A stretch of DNA of 64,000 bases from a bacterium (GTDB lineage: Bacteria; Zhuqueibacterota; Zhuqueibacteria; Residuimicrobiales; Krinioviventaceae): positions 332 to 64,331 of the forward strand of contig JAKQIY010000047.1 in the NCBI GenBank assembly GCA_029561455.1, read 5' to 3'. The position numbers were made by a program, and so were the translations under genes. The notes beneath the pieces were generated by a model. The model worked only from the letters and a program-made list of their open reading frames with translations, did not search any database and was not told where the DNA came from. Shown piece by piece: positions 52,295 to 60,132 of this stretch. Within the stretch, counting starts at the first letter, position 1, and every line of letters starts with the position of its first letter.

Positions 52295-53617
52295 GTGCTT
52301 ACCCTGGTATTTCTGGTTCTGGCTATAGTTTTTATCGTTGTTTCCAGTACGCGGTTCAACCTGCATCCATTTTTATCCCTGCTGATCGCCGCGATATTTG
52401 TCGGTTTTAGCGGCGGGCTCGATGCCGCGGCTGTCATTACCGCCATTACCGACGGCTTTGGCAGTACCTTAAAAAGCATCGGTATTGTTATAGCGTTTGG
52501 GGCCATCATCGGCGTATTCCTGGAACGCAGCGGCGGGGCGCAGGCTCTGGCCGCTTTTGTTCTGAAACTGGTCGGCGAAAAACGCGCGCCCCTGGCCATG
52601 AATATTACCGGTTATATCGTCTCCATTCCGGTGTTTTGCGATTCGGGATTTGTCATTTTATCGGCTCTGAACAAGGCGATCAGTAAAAAAACCGGACTGT
52701 CCATGACCATCCTCGCCGTGGCGCTGGCAACGGGATTGTACAGCACCCATGTGTTTGTGCCGCCGACACCGGGACCGCTGGCTGCCGCCGCTACCCTCAA
52801 TGTGGATATCGGCCTGGTCATTCTGCTGGGACTGGTTGTTGCCATCCCTGCGTCGTTGGCGGGTTTGTTGTGGGCTTGTTTCTATGGCAAGCGATTTCAT
52901 GTTACTCCCCAAGAAAATGTTGAAGCGGAGAGTGTGCGCCAACCACACCCCGCAGTTTCGGCAGCGTTTACACCTTTGTTAACGCCTATTGCCCTTATTG
53001 CCCTGCGTTCAGTTGCCGATCTGCCCGGTCTGCCGTTTGGTCAGGGCTGGTTTTACCAGGTAATCATGTTCCTGGGCAACCCGGTTACGGCCCTGCTGAT
53101 CGGCGTGCTGTTGTCGTTTACCCTGAAAAGCCGTAAGGTAAAGGAATCTGCAATGGATTGGGTGGGGGAAGGATTGAAAAGCGCGGGCGTGATCATTCTC
53201 ATCACCGGGGCAGGCGGGGCCTTTGGCGGCATTCTCCGCGCCACGCATATCGGCGATACGCTCGGCAACGCGTTGAGTCAATGGCAGATCGGTATCTTTT
53301 TACCATTTATCATAGCCGCTGTGCTCAAAACAGCCCAGGGCTCGTCAACTGTTGCTATCATTACCACCGCGGCGCTGGTGTCACCATTGCTGCCGGCAAT
53401 GGGACTCGATTCCTCGCTGGCGCGGGCGCTGGTGGTGTTAGCTATCGGCGCGGGATCCATGACCGTCTCCCACGCCAACGACAGCTATTTTTGGGTGGTG
53501 GAGCAGTTTTCGGACATGGATACCGCCACCGCGTTGAAATGCCATACTATGGCTACCCTGATGCAGGGACTGGTGGGCATTGCGGTGATAGCGTTATTGA
53601 CAATGGTGATGGTATAA
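52295..53617 (+). CDS. GntP-family gluconate/sugar-acid:H+ symporter
   Basis: A GTG start follows an ACGGAGA ribosome-binding site. The protein is polytopic, 440 aa, with a GntP-like TM pattern. Confidence 0.65.
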   Translation: MLTLVFLVLAIVFIVVSSTRFNLHPFLSLLIAAIFVGFSGGLDAAAVITAITDGFGSTLKSIGIVIAFGAIIGVFLERSGGAQALAAFVLKLVGEKRAPLAMNITGYIVSIPVFCDSGFVILSALNKAISKKTGLSMTILAVALATGLYSTHVFVPPTPGPLAAAATLNVDIGLVILLGLVVAIPASLAGLLWACFYGKRFHVTPQENVEAESVRQPHPAVSAAFTPLLTPIALIALRSVADLPGLPFGQGWFYQVIMFLGNPVTALLIGVLLSFTLKSRKVKESAMDWVGEGLKSAGVIILITGAGGAFGGILRATHIGDTLGNALSQWQIGIFLPFIIAAVLKTAQGSSTVAIITTAALVSPLLPAMGLDSSLARALVVLAIGAGSMTVSHANDSYFWVVEQFSDMDTATALKCHTMATLMQGLVGIAVIALLTMVMV

Positions 53618-54003
53618 ATACCAACTTTAAAATTCTTATCCGCAGATAACACAGATTTACGCAGATGTAAAACCGGATGATTTAGATTGTTGATAACTTT
53701 TATTACCGCAAGGCGGTTATATTAAAGGCATTTACATATTAACCCCGTCAGGGGTAATATATCTCTAGAATATTCGAAATCACAATATCAAGCCACGCTA
53801 GTGGCGAAACCTAAAAAACCATATTAAAGTTCAAAGGCGAACTCCTTTTTTATTATTCTTTGCCTTTAGAAAAGATGGAAATAGTCAAACTTTGAAGCAT
53901 TAAAATATTTAGATAGGCGCTTTATTATTAAAATTATCACTTGAATAAACTGGAATAAACAATTATATTATTTTAAAATAGATTGTTTTTATTGAGGTGA
54001 ACT

Positions 54004-54228
54004 ATGAAAACACATGCCCTCAAGGATAAGCTTTTAGATAAAACTCAAAAACTGAAACCTGTTGAAAAATTGCAATTGATTGATGCTTTACTGGAAAACC
54101 TTGATAAACAGGATCCGGAGATAGACAAACTCTGGGTAAAAGAGGCTGATGAGCGTTACGAGGCATACAAGAAAGGAGAATTAAAAACAACCTGTTGGGA
54201 AGAGATTAAAAAAAGTACAAATAACTGA
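54004..54228 (+). CDS. Putative addiction-module antitoxin component (TIGR02574-like), orphan
   Basis: 74-aa protein 'L..L...QKLKPVEKLQLIDALLENL....PEIDKLWVKEADERYEAYKKGELKT..WEEIK'. It matches the leucine-rich-N-terminus / W-x-x-E-A-x-x-R pattern of that family. Confidence 0.5.
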   Translation: MKTHALKDKLLDKTQKLKPVEKLQLIDALLENLDKQDPEIDKLWVKEADERYEAYKKGELKTTCWEEIKKSTNN

Positions 54229-54600
54229 ATGTCCTGTTACTATACTCTTTAGAAAAAGTTGGAAGGTTCCCCTATTATATTTTATATTCAATAGATGTTT
54301 ATGATGATATTTAAATTTTAGCAATCGCCAATATGCATCGCAATCCTGTCAATTATAAAGATAGAATAATTTAGCTGTTAGATATACAAAAATTGTAATT
54401 ATTTATTACATATCTGTTCCCAAAGAGTTTGGTATTATAAATAAAATTTTCCGATTTATACTATTTCTTCTTTTGAAATTGATACTGCATAGATTTAAAT
54501 TATATGAAAAATGCATGGTGTATAATTTGCAACATTTATTAACGTAATTATGGGAAATTATTTTTCTCTAAAAAAAATGTAAAACCGAAAGAGGGTCAAA

Positions 54601-55782
54601 ATGAAAGCAAAACTTTTAATTGCTGTAGCAATTATGTTCTGTACCTCGATGGCGTTTGCCGCCGGACCGATCATCATCGATCATACCTGCATCGACATTT
54701 ACCAGGTTCCCATTGAATATATCAATGCCGCCAAAACCAACCTGCACATTGGCTATGGCTTTACCTCGCATGGCAGCCAGATCGTTTCCGGTATGTCCGG
54801 GTTAATTGGTTTTATGAATACCAAAACCGGTTATCCGCAAAATTTATTTGCCTATAACAGCTCCGGCTCCGGCGGGGCGCTGCACCTGTATGAAGGCAGC
54901 GGTTATGATGAAGGCGGCAATCTCTCGCTCGACGCCGGATACTATTCGAACTGGGTGGATAAAACCCGGGCATTTTTAGGGGCCCCGAATGCGAGCGGCC
55001 GTGGTTCGAGTCGACCGGAATATAATGTCATCATGTGGGCCTGGTGTGGACAACTTTCCGGTTATAGTCATGATGACCTCTATAATATGTACATCAACGA
55101 CATGAACCAATTGGAACAGGATTATTTTGGCGTTACTTTTGTTTACATGACCGGTCATTCCGACGGCTCAGGACTGGAAGGCACTCTGCATAACAGGAAT
55201 ACAGAAATGCGTAATTACTGCATTGCCAATAACAAGGTGTTGTTTGATTTTTATGATATAGAATGCTACAACCCGGACGGCGTTTATTTTGGCGATAAAT
55301 ATGTTACCGACGAATGCAATTACAGCGGCGGCAACTGGGCTATTGACTGGCAAAATGCCCATACCGAAGGGGTGGACTGGTATTCGTGTGAACCCGCGCA
55401 TACCCAGCCGATCGTCGGCAATATGAAGGCTTACGCAATTTGGTGGCTGTGGGCGCGCCTGGCCGGATGGGCAGGTCCGGAAGGGACGGATACAACCGAT
55501 AATAATCCGTCTATTGTTACGAATTTTGCTCTGCAGCAAAACTATCCAAATCCGTTTAACGCCGGAACAACTATCCAATTTTCTTTGCCGGAAAAATCCT
55601 GGGTCTCATTAACCGTATATAATCTCAAAGGCCAGGTAGTACAAACTCCCCTGCAGGGAACCCGTACTGCCGGTAATCATAGCATTACCTTAGCTATGAA
55701 CGATCTGCCTTCGGGAATTTATTATTATACTCTGCAAGCCGGAAAGGTTAGTCAAACCCGGAAATTTACGTTAATAAAGTAA
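54601..55782 (+). CDS. Hypothetical secreted protein with T9SS C-terminal sorting domain
   Basis: A signal peptide is present. The C-terminus carries 'QQNYPNPFNAGTTIQFSLPE...GIYYYTLQAG'. Confidence 0.55.
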   Translation: MKAKLLIAVAIMFCTSMAFAAGPIIIDHTCIDIYQVPIEYINAAKTNLHIGYGFTSHGSQIVSGMSGLIGFMNTKTGYPQNLFAYNSSGSGGALHLYEGSGYDEGGNLSLDAGYYSNWVDKTRAFLGAPNASGRGSSRPEYNVIMWAWCGQLSGYSHDDLYNMYINDMNQLEQDYFGVTFVYMTGHSDGSGLEGTLHNRNTEMRNYCIANNKVLFDFYDIECYNPDGVYFGDKYVTDECNYSGGNWAIDWQNAHTEGVDWYSCEPAHTQPIVGNMKAYAIWWLWARLAGWAGPEGTDTTDNNPSIVTNFALQQNYPNPFNAGTTIQFSLPEKSWVSLTVYNLKGQVVQTPLQGTRTAGNHSITLAMNDLPSGIYYYTLQAGKVSQTRKFTLIK

Positions 55783-55788
55783 ATAGAG

Positions 55789-56715
55789 ATGGCTATGAAA
55801 TTACTTTTAAGAAAAAATTTTTTAGTTGCTTTTATTTTCATATTAATAATGGCAACTTGTTTGTATGCCATGCAAATTTACGTATATGATCATTCCTTTT
55901 CACCGGGTTCTACATATACCTATGATGTTGAACAAACTGATACAATCGACCAGTTAAAAGCAAAAATTGAAGATCTGCAAAGCATACCGGTAAACCAACA
56001 GTATCTCTATTTTAATGGTGTTTTTTTAGAAGAGAGTTACACATTACAGGACTATAATGTTCAAAAAAACAATACGCTCGATTTATATAATTATGATACC
56101 GCCTTACCGGTGTCATTGACGGAATTTATAGCTATTTCTAACGGTAACAGCGTCCTAATCCAATGGGTCACCGAAAGTGAAACCGACAATCTCGGTTTTA
56201 TTCTGGATAAAAGCATTGCCGAAACTAACGACTGGCAACTTGTTGCTTCCTGGACTACTCATTCGGCGCTCGCCGGACAAGGCAGCACATCGAGCCGCAC
56301 AGAGTATTCTTTTACCGATGTCAATGTCAAGGAAAATACCGGTTATCGCTACCGGCTTGCCTCGGTCAGTATTAACGGTACAATTCAAATTGAAAAAGAA
56401 ACCGAATATGCAGGCCGGACTGCCGGTCTCCCCATTGCCTTTACACTGGAACCGCCGTACCCGAATCCATTCAATTCCTCGGTAAAAATCATTTATCATT
56501 TGAATGCGGATGAAACAGTCAGGATTGATGTGCATGATATTATGGGGCGGCTGGTAAAGGTGTTATTACAGGATGGCAGACAGCAAGCTGGATCTTATAC
56601 CCTCACCTGGGACGGCACCGATAATTCCGGTGTAACAGCCCCTTCCGGAGAATATATCATACGCATAACTACTGATAACCGTCAATTGACGGGTAAAGTA
56701 CTTTTACTGAAATAG
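55789..56715 (+). CDS. Secreted ubiquitin-like (eukaryote-type beta-grasp) domain protein with T9SS C-terminal sorting domain
   Basis: The mature N-terminus 'MQIYV...DTIDQLKAKIEDLQSIPVNQQYLYFNGVFLEESYTLQDYNVQKNNTLDL' aligns with ubiquitin 'MQIFV...[49 protein letters not shown]'. The C-terminus carries 'PPYPNPFNSSVKIIYHL...GEYIIRI'. Confidence 0.7.
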   Translation: MAMKLLLRKNFLVAFIFILIMATCLYAMQIYVYDHSFSPGSTYTYDVEQTDTIDQLKAKIEDLQSIPVNQQYLYFNGVFLEESYTLQDYNVQKNNTLDLYNYDTALPVSLTEFIAISNGNSVLIQWVTESETDNLGFILDKSIAETNDWQLVASWTTHSALAGQGSTSSRTEYSFTDVNVKENTGYRYRLASVSINGTIQIEKETEYAGRTAGLPIAFTLEPPYPNPFNSSVKIIYHLNADETVRIDVHDIMGRLVKVLLQDGRQQAGSYTLTWDGTDNSGVTAPSGEYIIRITTDNRQLTGKVLLLK

Positions 56716-56727
56716 ATATTTTAAAAT

Positions 56728-56770
56728 ACCCGCCCCGGATGCAATATTCCGGGCGGGTTCTGATTTATTT
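56728..56770 (+). terminator. Rho-independent terminator after the ubiquitin-like gene
   Basis: Hairpin 'cccgccccgg-atgcaatatt-ccgggcggg' followed by a T-rich tract. Confidence 0.55.
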
Positions 56771-56826
56771 ATCTGATCTTTTGTAAGCATTTACACTCAC
56801 TATGACTCTCACGGAATCCTGGAATC

Positions 56827-57741
56827 ATGATAAAGCCCTCGTTGCGGTTTGGTATTTTACTCGGTCTTGTTATTTTATTCCTGATAAACCTGTTTTACCT
56901 GCTTATTGACCCGCCCGGTTATTACACCCTGCTGGTCTGCTATTTATCCCCCGATCATCATCTCAACTCTCCGGCAAACACCGCCAAACTGGTGTTGACA
57001 GGGCTTTTAGCAATAACAGTTTTCTGGTGGCTGGCAACCGGGCCATTTGTCCGCACCTTTTATAAGGCAATTAAACAGGCGCCTGTTATAGATAAATCCG
57101 GTTTTGTAATCACCGTATTATTATTGCTGTCTTTCTTGCTTCATATAGCACTGCCAGATTCCAGGTTGATAAACCTGTTATACATGGAAGATCAATTCTT
57201 TGAAACCGTTACTGTGCTTTGCGCGCTGGCAGCCGCGGCATTTTTGTTTGCAAGCATTCGCAACCGGCAAACCGGCTGGGTACGGGTCATTTTGTTATTG
57301 TTGGCCGGGCTGTTTTTCTTGTTTGCAATGGAAGAAATAAGCTGGGGTCAACGAATATTTGGCTGGTCAACTCCACAAGCCCTGAAAGGTCATAATTACC
57401 AGCAGGAGGCGAATCTACACAACTTTTTTAATCCGCTTTTTAAAATTGCCTATCCGCTGTTTAATTTGTTGATAAGCATGGGGTTGTTTCTGCTGGTAAA
57501 ATACAAAAGCGTTATCAGCAAACGGTTACCGGAAAAAGAATATCTGCGCTTGCTGCCTGTTGATCTGGCGCCCATTTATGCCCCGGTTTTTTTGCTGCTG
57601 TTTTTGCAAAGCTGTATTTATAATACGGAACTGACCGAGGAGGTCGTGGCGGTTTTTGGGTTGAGTTATGCGATAAGGCAAAATTTTAAAATTACGACAT
57701 CATTTTTACAGTTTGAATATACAAGTGACAAGGGGCGGTGA
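56827..57741 (+). CDS. Hypothetical polytopic membrane protein
   Basis: About 8 hydrophobic segments. No motif was recognised. Confidence 0.4.
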   Translation: MIKPSLRFGILLGLVILFLINLFYLLIDPPGYYTLLVCYLSPDHHLNSPANTAKLVLTGLLAITVFWWLATGPFVRTFYKAIKQAPVIDKSGFVITVLLLLSFLLHIALPDSRLINLLYMEDQFFETVTVLCALAAAAFLFASIRNRQTGWVRVILLLLAGLFFLFAMEEISWGQRIFGWSTPQALKGHNYQQEANLHNFFNPLFKIAYPLFNLLISMGLFLLVKYKSVISKRLPEKEYLRLLPVDLAPIYAPVFLLLFLQSCIYNTELTEEVVAVFGLSYAIRQNFKITTSFLQFEYTSDKGR

Positions 57742-57771
57742 ACCCCTTGTCGTAATAAGAATGCGTTTTAT

Positions 57772-60018
57772 CTAATCTTTTACACAGCGGATGGAAAAGC
57801 CAAACTTTTTATTGTTATCATAACGATAAATGATTGGTGTACCAAAATCCATTAACCGATTCCAGGCGTTTGTGCCGGAGCTTTCTGTTGCAGTCCAAAT
57901 TATTGTTCCGGATCCTAAATTGCTATAATCACCATAGTCATAACGATAGCCGGCGGGCAAGGCTGTAAATCCATATTCGTTGGTAGCGCCTTCATTGGGG
58001 AATTCCCAATGAACAGTTCCAGTTTCTTTCAGTTTTCCTCCTTCATTAGAGCCCCTGAGGTCTGTTAGATCTGCTTGTTCCCGGCTCATACCTATGGTCA
58101 TTTCCAGTTGTTTCCATTCCTCATCGCTGGGCACATGCCAGCCGGACGGTGCAATTTGTCTCCCGTCATGAACGGCAAGCCAGTTATAAAGACAACTATA
58201 GGTGGAAATATTATTGACATCATTATAGTAACAGCACCAGGCGCCGGTGGTTAGTGAGGTCCATTCTCCATTATTGGTAATATTGGGAATGACGTCACCG
58301 TTACGGTAATGCGTCACCTTGAGATTTTCCGCCATCCACCATTGCTCGCCGATCATAATCGTTTTGTAGACATTACCATCGATATCGGTCACGGTTCCGG
58401 TAATAAAAGAAATGGTTGTAAAGCTCCAGGGATCAGTCCACGCGGTAGTAGCGCCGTTGTTTGTGGCATTGACCCGCCAATAATAAGTAACTCCACCAGA
58501 TAGTCCGTTCACCTGGAAAGATGTTGTGGTTATACCCTCCTCATCTATAATCAATGTGCTAAAATCCGGTTGTGTAGAAACCTGAAGTCCATAGGTTTTC
58601 GCACCACCTGTGGCTATCCAGGTTAACATTGGAAGAACTGTTATACCCGTATCACCATTTGCCGGAGAGGATAGCGCCGGAAGGTTGGGTAAACTTCCAT
58701 TGAGGATGCAGCGTACCGAAAAGCCTTTTTGCTTTTCAAATAACCCTCTATAAACTTTGACACTATCGGAAAGTAAGATACGACTCCATGCAAAAGAGTC
58801 ACTATAGTCGCTGGCGCTCCAGAAAGAGGCTAATATTCCCAAAGGGTCAAAGGCGCCATAAAAATAGCGTGACCCGCCGGGCAATACGGTAAAGCCTGTT
58901 TCATTTGTCGCCCCTGCATTGGGGGCTTCCCAATGAGTTGTGCCGGTTTCTTTAAGTTTGCCGCCCTGGGTGGTTCCGCGCCAGTATTGGTCATCGGCCT
59001 CCTGGCGGTTCATCCCCAGGCTAATTTCAAGTTGCTTCCATTCCTCATCTGTGGGAAGATGCCAATCTAAGGGAGCAAGGTTACGGTTATCGTTAACAGC
59101 AAACCAGTTATAAAGATAGCCATAGGTAGCAACATTATTTTGTTCATCTGCGGCGGCGCACAAGGCCCCGGTAGTTAAAGAACTCCATCCCGTATCATCG
59201 GTAATGTTTGGTAATGCATCTCCATTACGATAATGGGTCACTTGCAGGTTTTCCGCCATCCACCATTGCTCGCCGATTTTTACAGTGCGGTAGACATTGC
59301 CGTCAATATCCGTTACGGTGCGGATAACGTTTATATTAAATACTTTGTTTCCCATAATCTGCACATCATGCTGCTCCCAGGTTTCAATATCCTTACTGGA
59401 AACCCGCAGCAGGTAATTGTTGGATTGGGCTTTGTACAAGCCGCTTTGTCCAGCCCCGGCGGCTGAACTGGATGCGGAAATATTGCCCAGGTGGCCATCC
59501 AGCAACAGCATTTTACGGGTGATCCTTTTTCCCTCGGTTATCATAGTATAAAGGTATACTCCCGCGGAGACGCCCCGGCCCTGGTCGTTGATTCCATTCC
59601 ATAAAATATGACCATAAAGATCGGTTTGCCAGGCATCCAGCAAAGTTTTGATCTTTTGTCCCAGCACATTATAAATTTCAATGCGCACCTGCGCGGGATG
59701 GGGTATTTCATAACTTATTACTGTTGACGGATTGAACGGATTAGGATAGTTTTGCAGCAACTGAAATGCGCCCGGCTTTTGCGCGGGCGTTTCGTCGATC
59801 CCGGTTTCGGTTATGGTGATGGAGTATTGACCCTGGGCATCGGTGATCCCATTAAAACACCTGTCGGCATTGGCTTGGTCGATCACCTCGATAAAGGCAT
59901 TCTCCACAGGCTCGGCGCCGTTATCCGTTACCACGCCCTGTAAGACAATTTGCGCATTCAGGCAGCCGGCGAGCATAAAGAGAGCAATAAATACAATAAG
60001 CAAATAACGGCGGGACAT
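57772..60018 (-). CDS. Secreted multidomain protein: CarboxypepD_reg-like + T9SS-type sorting-like domain (N-proximal) + 2x Fib_succ_major domains + FN3-like
   Basis: The signal peptide is followed by 'QGVVTDNGAEPV' and 'LLQNYPNPFNPSTVISYEIPHPAQVRIEIYNVLGQKIKTLLDA'. The two repeat modules carry 'DGNVYRTVKIGEQWWMAENL...YGYLYNW...GWHLPTDEEW...GGKLKE...GFSVRC'. Confidence 0.65.
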   Translation of the reverse strand: MSRRYLLIVFIALFMLAGCLNAQIVLQGVVTDNGAEPVENAFIEVIDQANADRCFNGITDAQGQYSITITETGIDETPAQKPGAFQLLQNYPNPFNPSTVISYEIPHPAQVRIEIYNVLGQKIKTLLDAWQTDLYGHILWNGINDQGRGVSAGVYLYTMITEGKRITRKMLLLDGHLGNISASSSAAGAGQSGLYKAQSNNYLLRVSSKDIETWEQHDVQIMGNKVFNINVIRTVTDIDGNVYRTVKIGEQWWMAENLQVTHYRNGDALPNITDDTGWSSLTTGALCAAADEQNNVATYGYLYNWFAVNDNRNLAPLDWHLPTDEEWKQLEISLGMNRQEADDQYWRGTTQGGKLKETGTTHWEAPNAGATNETGFTVLPGGSRYFYGAFDPLGILASFWSASDYSDSFAWSRILLSDSVKVYRGLFEKQKGFSVRCILNGSLPNLPALSSPANGDTGITVLPMLTWIATGGAKTYGLQVSTQPDFSTLIIDEEGITTTSFQVNGLSGGVTYYWRVNATNNGATTAWTDPWSFTTISFITGTVTDIDGNVYKTIMIGEQWWMAENLKVTHYRNGDVIPNITNNGEWTSLTTGAWCCYYNDVNNISTYSCLYNWLAVHDGRQIAPSGWHVPSDEEWKQLEMTIGMSREQADLTDLRGSNEGGKLKETGTVHWEFPNEGATNEYGFTALPAGYRYDYGDYSNLGSGTIIWTATESSGTNAWNRLMDFGTPIIYRYDNNKKFGFSIRCVKD

Positions 60019-60132
60019 GTTTCCTCCATAGCAGTTGATAATATTTTTATTTTACATTAAAACAGCTTTTATAAAATCCGCACAAGGGGCTTGTTACCCC
60101 TTGTGCAGCTGCTAAATAACATTTTTTAAATC

